Of a stretch of DNA of 64,000 nucleotides, positions 20,665 to 29,764 are shown piece by piece. The DNA is from a virus. The DNA is taken from IMG/VR virus record IMGVR_UViG_3300007352_000013, positions 1 through 64,000 of that record, one strand, 5' to 3'. The position numbers and the translations under genes are program-made. The notes below the pieces were generated by a model. The model saw only the letters and a list, made by a program, of their open reading frames with translations. It ran no database searches and was not told where the DNA came from. The first letter of the stretch is position 1, and each line of letters opens with the position of its first letter.

Positions 20665-21498
20665 TTGATATTAAAATAAAAGAAAAAATTGTTCCAAATC
20701 AAAAATTATGTTTTAAAGATAATAACCATATTTGTACAGTATGTGGATGTTCTTGGTCTGTATTTAGTGAATTATGTACTAAATGTGGAGAACATTGGAA
20801 CGCCGACAGCAATGGATGTATGAAAGAAGATAATAATTGTAATTGCGAGGATTGTAAATGAGTAAATGGGAAGCTATTGGACTAACTATAGTTGTTAGCC
20901 TTATTTTTATTGGTGTAACATCTTGTAATATTGTTTTGGTAATTTGTGGTAAATAAAATGTCTAAAAATTATAGCATAGAAGATGGCGATAGTGACGACT
21001 TTACTAATTTTGAAAAGTTTTCTGCTAAAGGTAAAGATAAAAAAGAAAAGAAAAAGTCTTTACGAGACTACAGAGGAAAAGATGATAAAAGAAAGTTCCA
21101 AAATGGGGAACGTAACGAGAAAAAAAATGATAACAGAAAAATCCATTAAAGAAATACTAAGAAGCGCCAAGGTCTGTATACCAGATAAAGAAGGAAATCT
21201 TCATTGTTGGTTCGGCGAAGGAACTGTGACAGTAATAGATCCAGAATCTTGTACAGGCATTGATTTTTTTAGTATTAGTCCGTCGTTCACCGCAAAACCA
21301 TCATTAAATAAAGTAATTACATATATAAAAAGAAAAATAGAAATGGAGAATCCTAATGAGAAATTTGAGTAATTATGTTGCATATTTGGTAATAGGATAT
21401 ATAATTGGATTGTTTGTTGGGGTAGGTGTTATGAAGATACAAAAAAATATCGAAATTCATTATGGTTCAGAATGTGTTTGTCATAATGGAGAAAAAAA

Positions 21499-21696
21499 AT
21501 GATGGACAAAAGACAATTTTCATCACTAGCGTTAGGAGATAAGTGTTATCTTGTTCATAACAATGAAGTTTGTTTGGCAATAAAATGTAAACAAAAAAAT
21601 GGAGATGTAGTAGCCGTTGTTATGGAAGGCAAAGATAAAGGAATATGCTTCTATTTTTATCCAGAATCACTAGTTCTAATAGAGTGTTCAACATGA
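21499..21696 (+). CDS. Small beta-rich paralog-family protein (divergent)
   Basis: QFSSLALGDKCYLVHN. Confidence 0.45.
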   Translation: MMDKRQFSSLALGDKCYLVHNNEVCLAIKCKQKNGDVVAVVMEGKDKGICFYFYPESLVLIECST

Positions 21697-22027
21697 TCAG
21701 AATAATAATTGGTTGGATAACAATGTTTTCTTGGTTTGATACAATAAGGCATTACAGATGAAATTATTTGAATTTAAATACATTAAATTATATTCTAGAA
21801 TTTTGAGGAATGTAAAAACCAAAAAATTTATATGTACTAGAACAACATTGTTTATTGGACAGTTTTTGTTTAACATCTGCCTATTTCCGTACTGTATCGA
21901 ATACGGAATAGTTTTAAATATCAAATTTAGAATTTTGAATATAATGTTTTATCCAATTGCTATTGATATCGGTTTTCGTGGGAAAACGCTTGTGTAGGCG
22001 TTTCATATCTTTAATCATTTTAAAGGA

Positions 22028-23350
22028 GTGAGTATGAAGTTTAAGTTCATGTCTTCAATTGTTTTATTCTGCGCATTTGCTGGTAATGTATTTGCTACAT
22101 GCGTAGAAGGTGTTCAGATGAGATTTAATTCGGTACAAGTATCTGTACCGCCATCTGCAATTCAAACACTAGTTGTGCCAAACAGTACAACTATTTATGT
22201 GGACGTTGATGGTGGAATCAAATCTGGTGGTGATTGGGATTCGACAAGTATTCAGATCGACGGTTTTCCTGTTCAATGCTTCAATAATTCTGGAAATAAC
22301 GATTCTGCAAACGGGAATACATGGATAAATAGAGTAAAAACATTTACGATTACATCACCATCTGTAACTGGTATTTATGAAGTTACGGTTACAATGTATA
22401 GTAATGATAATTGTGACGGATGCGATATTGACAGGGAGCTAACACTGGGTGTTGGTCTGCTTGGTCAACAAGGTCCAACTGGCCCACAAGGCGAACCGGG
22501 GGAAAATGGGCAAGACGGTGAAGATGGTGAACAGGGTGAACCTGGCGAAGATGGAGCCGACGGCGTTGGATGTACAGTATTAGATAATAGCGATGGAACG
22601 TATACGCTTACTTGTGGATCTGATTCGCAAACAGTTACAATTAATAATGGCGAGGATGGTATTAATTGTTATGATCTTAATGAAAACGGTCAAGAAGATC
22701 TTTGTGATCCAAATGCCCTAGAAGAATTTGAATCATGCGAATCATTCTTTGCATTTTGTAATGAAACTGAAGATCTCGATGAAGTTACAGCTTCAAAATC
22801 GGGTAGAGAAATGAAGGTGTTTAGCGCAATTAAATATCGTAATGAGAGTTATTATGACTGTTCATTTACGGAAGATGTAAACGGAGACGAGACGATAGAT
22901 GTTATAGATTGTCATGGTTCAAATGGAAGTAATGGATCTGATGGTGGACAAGGACTTCCAGGAAGAGACGGGTCTTCATGTTCTGTAGTCGATAATCTGG
23001 ATGGCTCATACACTATGTCATGCGAAGATGGAACTAACGTAACTTGGCATGACGGAACTGATGGACTGGACGGAGTGGATGGAGTAGATGGTGTTGATGG
23101 AACTGACGGGCAACCCGGAGCGCCAGGAACTAACAATCCCCCGTGTTCATTAGTAGAAAATCCTGATGGTACATCCACAATTACTTGTGGTGATTTAGAA
23201 TTTGTAATAGGCGAAACAAACACTGGTGAATTTACGGTTTCAAATAGTGGTAGAATGTGCGGCTCCGCAGATGCACTTTCGCTTCTAGTCGGTGCTGGAC
23301 TTGCTGCCGCCGCTGGATTTATGCCACGAGGTTCGCGTCGCAAGTCGTAA
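22028..23350 (+). CDS. Secreted/surface collagen-like repeat protein with C-terminal anchor
   Basis: Signal peptide (..AFAGNVFA-TC), three Gly-X-Y tracts, three C.V.(D/E)N.DG..T..C repeats, DVNGDETIDVIDC motif, hydrophobic C-terminus followed by RRKS. Confidence 0.8.
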   Translation: MSMKFKFMSSIVLFCAFAGNVFATCVEGVQMRFNSVQVSVPPSAIQTLVVPNSTTIYVDVDGGIKSGGDWDSTSIQIDGFPVQCFNNSGNNDSANGNTWINRVKTFTITSPSVTGIYEVTVTMYSNDNCDGCDIDRELTLGVGLLGQQGPTGPQGEPGENGQDGEDGEQGEPGEDGADGVGCTVLDNSDGTYTLTCGSDSQTVTINNGEDGINCYDLNENGQEDLCDPNALEEFESCESFFAFCNETEDLDEVTASKSGREMKVFSAIKYRNESYYDCSFTEDVNGDETIDVIDCHGSNGSNGSDGGQGLPGRDGSSCSVVDNLDGSYTMSCEDGTNVTWHDGTDGLDGVDGVDGVDGTDGQPGAPGTNNPPCSLVENPDGTSTITCGDLEFVIGETNTGEFTVSNSGRMCGSADALSLLVGAGLAAAAGFMPRGSRRKS

Positions 23351-23372
23351 TAATTATATTAGTTTTAAAATG

Positions 23373-23400
23373 TGGGGGCGCAGAAATGCGCCCCCATTTT
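23373..23400 (+). terminator. Intrinsic terminator after the collagen-like gene
   Basis: TGGGGGCGCA-GAAA-TGCGCCCCCA followed by TTTT. Confidence 0.85.
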
Positions 23401-23638
23401 GGAGTAATTAGGAGATTATTAATGATTCAAGTAGGTTCACGAGTAGAGTTAAGATGTGTAACTAACGATAACCACGAAGCGATATATTCAACTTGTGAAA
23501 TTGTAGCAATGTCTCCGAAAACAATAGAGGTGAAATATTGCTCAAAAGTAACACAAGAAGGCGATAAATCTTTTCCTGTCTTTAAAAGAGATCTAATTAG
23601 TCGTGATAAGATTAAGTATTTGTCGGAACGTTGTTGAT

Positions 23639-24139
23639 ATGAAAACTTTAGTTATAATAGACATGCAAGATTTCTATCTTGAAGAAGGATCTATTGTTGG
23701 TTCTAAAGATTCTCTTGAGATATCAATATTAAAGTCTAATATAGTATCACTTATCCAAAAATTTATGGATAATAATTATCCAATAATTTTAGTAGAGTAC
23801 GGTGGTTCTGGAAGAACAAATAAATATATATTGGATGCGATATCTGGTTATGACAATTGTTATAATGCAACAAAATATAAATGCGACGGTAGTGCCGAAA
23901 TTATTGAAATAATCAATACCCTCAATCTTCCAAAGAACATAAATGTATGCGGTGTGTATAGTGATCAGTGCGTTAAAGACAGTGTAATAGGTTTACTCAA
24001 AAAGGATAGTTCAATAGAAATAGAATTTCATGAAGAATGTGTATGGCCATTTACTAATGATCTAAACGTAGGATATGGAATAGATCATAGGGTAAAAAGT
24101 TTGTGTTTTTCGAAAACAGGGGTGGTCCCTGTTTTCTAG
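23639..24139 (+). CDS. Isochorismatase-family cysteine hydrolase
   Basis: LVIIDMQ (Asp), KYKCDG (Lys), GVYSDQCV (Cys) catalytic triad pattern. Confidence 0.78.
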   Translation: MKTLVIIDMQDFYLEEGSIVGSKDSLEISILKSNIVSLIQKFMDNNYPIILVEYGGSGRTNKYILDAISGYDNCYNATKYKCDGSAEIIEIINTLNLPKNINVCGVYSDQCVKDSVIGLLKKDSSIEIEFHEECVWPFTNDLNVGYGIDHRVKSLCFSKTGVVPVF

Positions 24140-24162
24140 TTTCTCTTTCGAAGGAGTAGTGT

Positions 24163-24399
24163 ATGAATAAGGTTACTTTTGTTACGAACAGTGGTGAAGG
24201 TCTTCCTCGTACCGTAGAAATTCGTGACGATGTTCTCGTCTCCGAATTCCTTTCGGTAAATTTTGAAGGCGATCTTGACGATTATCAGTTCAGTATCCGT
24301 CGAGATGGTCAATCTCATACGGCAGACATGGATGAAGTTCTTCAGAACGGGGATCGTCTAGTGGCTGCACCTCGTCGTGTCAAGGGCGAGCTTAACTAA
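24163..24399 (+). CDS. Ubiquitin-like (beta-grasp) protein with C-terminal G-ELN extension
   Basis: 78 aa; ends LQNGDRLVAAPRRVKG-ELN; strong RBS GAAGGAG; first gene before E2/JAB/E1. Confidence 0.75.
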   Translation: MNKVTFVTNSGEGLPRTVEIRDDVLVSEFLSVNFEGDLDDYQFSIRRDGQSHTADMDEVLQNGDRLVAAPRRVKGELN

Positions 24400-24415
24400 T
24401 AAAAGATGGTTGAAT

Positions 24416-24446
24416 GGGGGGTGGGTTTGAATAAAGCCCATCCCCC
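24416..24446 (+). promoter_or_regulatory. GC-rich hairpin between the Ubl and E2 genes
   Basis: GGGGGGTGGGTTT-GAATA-AAGCCCATCCCCC; T-run only ~13 nt downstream. Confidence 0.6.
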
Positions 24447-24481
24447 AAATGCTGTAGATTTTTTTAATCTAACACAAATAG

Positions 24482-25618
24482 ATGGAGAAAGTCCATATGG
24501 ATAGTAAAAAAATAATAAAAATAGCTTCTATTATTCAAAATACTTTAAAAACAGGAGATGAACATTTAGTAACTTATAATTCAGGAAGACTTACTGGACT
24601 GAATAATAAAATCAAAGATCTCCATGCACAAATAAATAAATGTCTAGAAAATGATTTTGAAGGCGCAAGAAAAAGTATAATATTACAAATAAATACCTGT
24701 ATAACAAAAGCAGAAGATTTTCTAAAAGCAGCAAAATCAAATATAAATCAAGAAACATATGTTCCATCTATTGAAGATTTAATAAATGAAATTACAGCAG
24801 TTAAAAATTCTTTTCCATCTCTAGAATTTAGAAATGGAGAATTAATTATAACGTCAGATACAATTATTTTACAGGAAATAGATTTTGGAAAATTTAAAAT
24901 CAAAATAGACTTAGAAAATTTAAAAGAAAAACCAGATAGATTCCTAAAAATAGATGCGGTTAGTCCAAATTATTCTAGTGATGGTGAATATGTTCATCCT
25001 CATATAGATAATCATATGCTTTGTTGTGGAGAGGGTTATGATATCTTAATAGATGCAGCGAGACAAGGAAGGATTGAGGATCTTTTTAAACTAGTGCTCG
25101 CGACATTAAATACTTATAATGAAGGTTTTGCGTATTGTGAATTAGAAAATTGGGAAGGAAAACATTGTTCTTCTTGCGGCGATCAATACGATGAAGATGA
25201 GGCGTTTTATTGCACTAAATGTGATAGTAATTTATGTGGTAGTTGTTCGTATCGTTGTGAAAATTGTGATGAATATTTTTGTGAAGAACATGTAAGCACA
25301 CCGTGTAGTTGTTGCGAAAAAAAATACTGTGATTATTGTAGTGATAATCATACGTCTACATGTGAAAAGTGTGATAAAACATTCTGTGATGATTGTTCGG
25401 CAATTTGTAATGAATGCGAAAATCGTTTATGTCAAGATTGCCTTGCGATATGCGATCATTGCTCTAATGAATTTTGTGTGAAATGCCTAAAGTCTTGCGA
25501 AGAATGTAAAGAAAGTATTTGCCCAGGATGCAGCTACGAATGTAGTAATTGTAATAAAAAATATTGCGAAGATTGCTACGACGAAGAATCTTGTAATTTA
25601 AACAAGGTTAAAGCTTAA
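24482..25618 (+). CDS. E2/UBC-like domain protein with N-terminal helical region and C-terminal tandem CxxC zinc repeats
   Basis: YVHPHIDNHMLCCGEG resembles the E2 HPNI..C active site; about 17 CxxC/CxxH motifs follow. Confidence 0.7.
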   Translation: MEKVHMDSKKIIKIASIIQNTLKTGDEHLVTYNSGRLTGLNNKIKDLHAQINKCLENDFEGARKSIILQINTCITKAEDFLKAAKSNINQETYVPSIEDLINEITAVKNSFPSLEFRNGELIITSDTIILQEIDFGKFKIKIDLENLKEKPDRFLKIDAVSPNYSSDGEYVHPHIDNHMLCCGEGYDILIDAARQGRIEDLFKLVLATLNTYNEGFAYCELENWEGKHCSSCGDQYDEDEAFYCTKCDSNLCGSCSYRCENCDEYFCEEHVSTPCSCCEKKYCDYCSDNHTSTCEKCDKTFCDDCSAICNECENRLCQDCLAICDHCSNEFCVKCLKSCEECKESICPGCSYECSNCNKKYCEDCYDEESCNLNKVKA

Positions 25619-26578
25619 TTGGAGAAGGCTATGGAATTTTTGAAAAAATCAATGAATAGAAGTGGGGTACTAAGATTCACGCCATATGCTTGGGCAAAAC
25701 TCGTTTTTATGAGAGATGCTGGTGATACAGAGGTTGGTGGTTATGGAATCAATGAAACGGACGACCCACTTTTGATTACCGATTTCATTTTGGTAAAGCA
25801 AAATTGTAGTGGAGTTTCTGTTGATCTTGATGAACAAGATTCTTTGGCATTCGCAGAAGAAATGACAGATAAAGGTTTTAGTCCTTGGCAATATGGGACT
25901 TGGATACACACCCATCCGGGTAATTCGCCAAATCCAAGCGAAGCGGACGAAGATAATTTCAGAGATAATTTTTCTATAGCTGATTGCTCGATATTTTTTA
26001 TCTTGGCGAAAGGAGGACAAAACTATACGAGGATGCGATATAATGTGTCGCCGGGAATAGATGTTGATATTAAATCTATTATAGACTTTCATGTTCCGTT
26101 TAGAGCGAGTGATAAAGAGTCTTGGAAAAAGGAATATGACGAAAAAGTTAATGTTAGTAAATGTGTGTATACCGGAAATATGTTCAAGAAAGAAACTGAT
26201 TTACTAGAAAGAATTTCTAGTTCAAAAAAAGACAAATCTCTTTTTGAAAGAAAAGAAGAATATGATTTTCAAGACTGGTCAACGATGTCTACTAATGACC
26301 ATGATGAAGAAGAGGATGAAAGCGCCTTCGTATTTGAAGAGGGTGATTCAATCTTTTTCTATGTAGATGATGAAGAAGAATATTATGAATTCAAAAAAGA
26401 TCTAGAAAGATTTTACGATGAAAAAGGAAAAAGAATAAGACATCCTAAAAATGAATGGATGGAGATAATAGCATCGTTTTTATCAAAACAAGATAATAAT
26501 ATAGAAGACGTTTCTGAACAATTGGAAAAAGAAATGGAGAAAGAATATGCAGACATTATTGACGGACAGAGCAATTAG
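25619..26578 (+). CDS. JAB/JAMM metallopeptidase (deubiquitinase-like) with acidic C-terminal tail
   Basis: EVGGYG...WIHTHPGNSPNPSEAD = E..HxHx7Sx2D; alternative ATG at 25631. Confidence 0.88.
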   Translation: MEKAMEFLKKSMNRSGVLRFTPYAWAKLVFMRDAGDTEVGGYGINETDDPLLITDFILVKQNCSGVSVDLDEQDSLAFAEEMTDKGFSPWQYGTWIHTHPGNSPNPSEADEDNFRDNFSIADCSIFFILAKGGQNYTRMRYNVSPGIDVDIKSIIDFHVPFRASDKESWKKEYDEKVNVSKCVYTGNMFKKETDLLERISSSKKDKSLFERKEEYDFQDWSTMSTNDHDEEEDESAFVFEEGDSIFFYVDDEEEYYEFKKDLERFYDEKGKRIRHPKNEWMEIIASFLSKQDNNIEDVSEQLEKEMEKEYADIIDGQSN

Positions 26579-27206
26579 ACAAAGAGATTTGGTTCCAGAA
26601 GAAAAACTCAAAAATACAAAAGTAACTGTTGTTGGATGTGGTGCTGGTGGAAGACAAGTTAGCCTAACACTTGCAGAAATTGGTGTTCCAGATATACAAC
26701 TTATAGATTTTGATACAGTAGAAGTCGTAAATTTGGCTACGCAAGGCTTTTTTGAAAGTCAGTTGGGCAATTTTAAAGTTGATGCAGTTGCCGAAGTGTG
26801 TAAGCAAATAAATTCAGAAATTAAAATTAAAACAGTAAGAAGCAAATTTAGACCGAATATGTTTGATGGTGGAGTGATATTCTCTTGTGTAGATTCTATG
26901 TCTGGTAGAAAACAGATTTTTGAAGAAACAGATGGCCTTAGAGATCTTTTTATAGATAGCAGAACTGCCGCTGAATACTCAAGAATTTTTGTTGTGCATG
27001 ATGACGATAGCGCCGAACATTATAAGGAAAGTCTTTATACGGATGAAGAGGCTCATCAAGAGGGTTGTACGAGTAAGATGACAATTTATTCGGCAAAGGT
27101 TTCGGCTAATCTAAGAGTAGCACAATTCGTCAAGTGGTTGAGGGGTTGTGATTTAGATAAGGAAATTGAGATTAATCTTTTAACTAATGAAATGAGGGCT
27201 ATATGA
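26547..27206 (+). CDS. ThiF/MoeB-fold E1-like activating enzyme
   Basis: RAIRQRDL, VVGCGAGG, DFDTVEVVNLATQG, FSCVDS, IDSR, C-terminal EGCT Cys. Confidence 0.9.
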   Translation: MQTLLTDRAIRQRDLVPEEKLKNTKVTVVGCGAGGRQVSLTLAEIGVPDIQLIDFDTVEVVNLATQGFFESQLGNFKVDAVAEVCKQINSEIKIKTVRSKFRPNMFDGGVIFSCVDSMSGRKQIFEETDGLRDLFIDSRTAAEYSRIFVVHDDDSAEHYKESLYTDEEAHQEGCTSKMTIYSAKVSANLRVAQFVKWLRGCDLDKEIEINLLTNEMRAI

Positions 27207-27589
27207 ATAAGATTCAGATTGAAATAATAAGAGAAATGATACATGAAAGAAGGGCTAATCTACAAGAATTAATTAATATAGAAAGAAGAAAATTAAAAAT
27301 AAAAAATGAATTATCTATTCCATCAGTACAGGCCGGAGATGGCCTTCCTTCTAGGGCACAAATAATACTTCAAAGTATTATACCTAAAATGGTAGAATAT
27401 AATGCTATAGTAGAAGAATTTAATAAGCCGATAGAAGAAAAGATACGAAAATTAGATAGAAAATACAATGCTTTATGGAGTTGCTTTGAGGGGGTAAAAG
27501 AAAAAATAATGATTAAACTTGCTTTCACTAAAAATACTATGGATGAAGTAGAGGAAATTTTGAAACTTCTTCCCTCCGGTATAGATTAA
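27203..27589 (+). CDS. Helical hypothetical protein translationally coupled to E1
   Basis: ATGA overlap with the E1 stop; coiled-coil-like composition. Confidence 0.6.
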   Translation: MNKIQIEIIREMIHERRANLQELINIERRKLKIKNELSIPSVQAGDGLPSRAQIILQSIIPKMVEYNAIVEEFNKPIEEKIRKLDRKYNALWSCFEGVKEKIMIKLAFTKNTMDEVEEILKLLPSGID

Positions 27590-27590
27590 T

Positions 27591-27884
27591 ATGATTTTAA
27601 TTTTTATAGTTTATTCAATTTGTGATTTTACAATAACATCAATGAATATAAACCATAATTCATTTTATGAATTGAATCCTATAGCACGGTATGTTATAAA
27701 TAATTATGGAATTTTTGGGTTAGCACTTTTAAAAATTATTCTATCCATTCCATTCATAATAATATATGGATTATTTCATAAAAGAATAAGTAAATGGGCT
27801 GAAATATTATGTAAAATAACTATATACTCATTAATATTATTCTGGTGTATTTGCTGGGGAAATTTTTTATGGTTAAACCTATGA
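27591..27884 (+). CDS. Small membrane protein (DUF5658-like)
   Basis: CDFTIT...FYELNPIARYV and three hydrophobic segments. Confidence 0.5.
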   Translation: MILIFIVYSICDFTITSMNINHNSFYELNPIARYVINNYGIFGLALLKIILSIPFIIIYGLFHKRISKWAEILCKITIYSLILFWCICWGNFLWLNL

Positions 27885-28368
27885 GATTGATAAGAAGATT
27901 CCATGACTTATGGTATTGGATAAAATGTCGTTTGTGGTATAAATACAATGTTTTAAAAATAAAAACTCTACCCCCAACATGGAACGATAGGGATAATATT
28001 TTAGTCCATGCAATGTTCCAGATTCTAGAAGATTTTGTGAAGAAAGAAGTAATAAATGGTAACATAGATTGGGATTACGATGAAGGGCATAGGTATACCA
28101 GAGCTAAAATGGACGAATTACTTAATTGGTTCCACAATGTCTATTTAAAATTTGATGAATTCGATGGTCTTGAATTAGACGAAATAAAATGGGAAGATAG
28201 ATTTTATCCAAAAGAAGAAGGATCTGATTTTATTGAAATGAAGCCTTCATCAGAGAATGATAGAAAATGTTATGCTATAGCACATGAAAGAGAATTACAA
28301 ATAAGAAAAGATTTGAATAAAAAATTAAAAGAAATTATTGATATTAAGGATTATTTGTGGACATAAAT

Positions 28369-29205
28369 ATGAACGATATATTAACAGAACTTATATTGCA
28401 AAACAAAATTAATCCTCCACATTGGATGGACAGTTCCACACAATATATATGTATGACTGGTTCCCATGCATATGGTTTTGCTACAGAATTTTCCGATATT
28501 GATTTATATGGGTTTTGTATTCCACCCATAGAATACCTATTACCTCATACTGCGGGTCATATAGAGGGATTTGGTAGACAGATAAATGGATTCGATCAAT
28601 TTCAGCAAGAAGGTATAGAGCATGACGGTAAAGTGTATGATGTTACGATATACAATATAGCAAAATTTTTCCAACTTTGTATGGAAAATAATCCAAATAT
28701 GATTGATTGTTTATTCGTACCAAGGGACTGTATTGTGCGGTCAACATCAATAGGCGACAATGTTTTCTTTAATAGAAGCAAGTTCCTCCATAAAGGTGCA
28801 TTTTGGAAATTTACTGGATATGCAGCAGCCCAGCTTAAGAAAATAGAAAATAAAAAACCAGAAGGTAAAAGAAAGATTATGGTAGATAAATTCGGTTTCG
28901 ATACAAAATACGCATCCCATCTATATCGTCTTGCAAATGAATGTGAACAAATTCTTACAACTGGAGATCTGAACTTAAGACAAGCATCGTCGCAGATGGT
29001 ATTGATAAGGGATGGTAAGATTCCATTAAAAGACCTAAAGGATTGGTTTGCTGAAAAGGAAGTTGAGTTAAAACAAATTTACGATAATACCGAAGTGGTT
29101 CCCCACGGACCAGATGAAGAAAAAATTAAAACATTACTTATAAAATGTATAGAAATGTATCATGGTAGACTAGAAAAATTTACATTTGGATGTAGAAATG
29201 GATAA
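28369..29205 (+). CDS. Nucleotidyltransferase, RlaP/Nuc-transf-like (Pol-beta superfamily)
   Basis: TGSHAYGFATEFSDIDLYGF, NNPNMID, FDTKYASHLYRL. Confidence 0.8.
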   Translation: MNDILTELILQNKINPPHWMDSSTQYICMTGSHAYGFATEFSDIDLYGFCIPPIEYLLPHTAGHIEGFGRQINGFDQFQQEGIEHDGKVYDVTIYNIAKFFQLCMENNPNMIDCLFVPRDCIVRSTSIGDNVFFNRSKFLHKGAFWKFTGYAAAQLKKIENKKPEGKRKIMVDKFGFDTKYASHLYRLANECEQILTTGDLNLRQASSQMVLIRDGKIPLKDLKDWFAEKEVELKQIYDNTEVVPHGPDEEKIKTLLIKCIEMYHGRLEKFTFGCRNG

Positions 29206-29356
29206 AATAATTCTAAAATTCAAAAATACGTGTGGATGCGATTACGAAGAACAGCATGTAGAAATTAATAATGAAACAGATATAATTAATGCTATATACG
29301 ATGGTTTTCCAATTTGTCCAGAATGTGGCGAAGACATGGAGTATATAGAGGGTTAA

Positions 29357-29764
29357 ATGCAAACATTTTTACCTTATCCTAATTTCTTAGAAAGTGCTAA
29401 GTGTTTAGATTATAAGAGGTTAGGAAAACAGCGCGTAGAAGCTATGCAATTATTAAATGGCCTTTTGGACAAAACTAAAAATGGTTGGAGAAATCATCCC
29501 TGTTCACGTATGTGGGCTGGATATCGTGATGCACTTGGATTTTATATGAATTGCATGATTAAAGAGTGGATATTTAGGGGATATAATAATACGATGAAAT
29601 TGTATGAATTATCACAATATCAAGATATTAAATATCCGCATTGGTTAGGATATAATATATTACATTCGTCTCATAGATCAAATTTATTAAGAAAAGATCC
29701 TGCTTATTATAGTAAATTTGACTGGTTAGAACCAGATAATCTTCCATATTTTTGGCCATCATAA
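29357..29764 (+). CDS. Pyrimidine-dimer DNA glycosylase family (DenV/MSMEG_6728-like)
   Basis: MQTFLPYP, LDYKRLGKQRVEA, NHPCSRMW, SHRSNLLRKDP, LPYFWP. Confidence 0.82.
   Translation: MQTFLPYPNFLESAKCLDYKRLGKQRVEAMQLLNGLLDKTKNGWRNHPCSRMWAGYRDALGFYMNCMIKEWIFRGYNNTMKLYELSQYQDIKYPHWLGYNILHSSHRSNLLRKDPAYYSKFDWLEPDNLPYFWPS

Noticed and set aside
22028-23350. Collagen-like tail fibre
   Set aside because: It has a secretion signal and C-terminal membrane anchor and lies far from any structural genes
23639-24139. Nicotinamidase (PncA) as part of the NAD pathway or the Ubl operon
   Set aside because: The metal-binding Asp/His set of PncA is not evident, so only a generic isochorismatase fold is supported; adjacency to Ubl may be incidental
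26547-27206. ThiF/MoeB for thiamine or molybdopterin synthesis
   Set aside because: No thiG/thiS-GG/moaE or rhodanese context; flanked by E2 and JAB genes; lacks the paired CxxC zinc motifs of MoeB/ThiF
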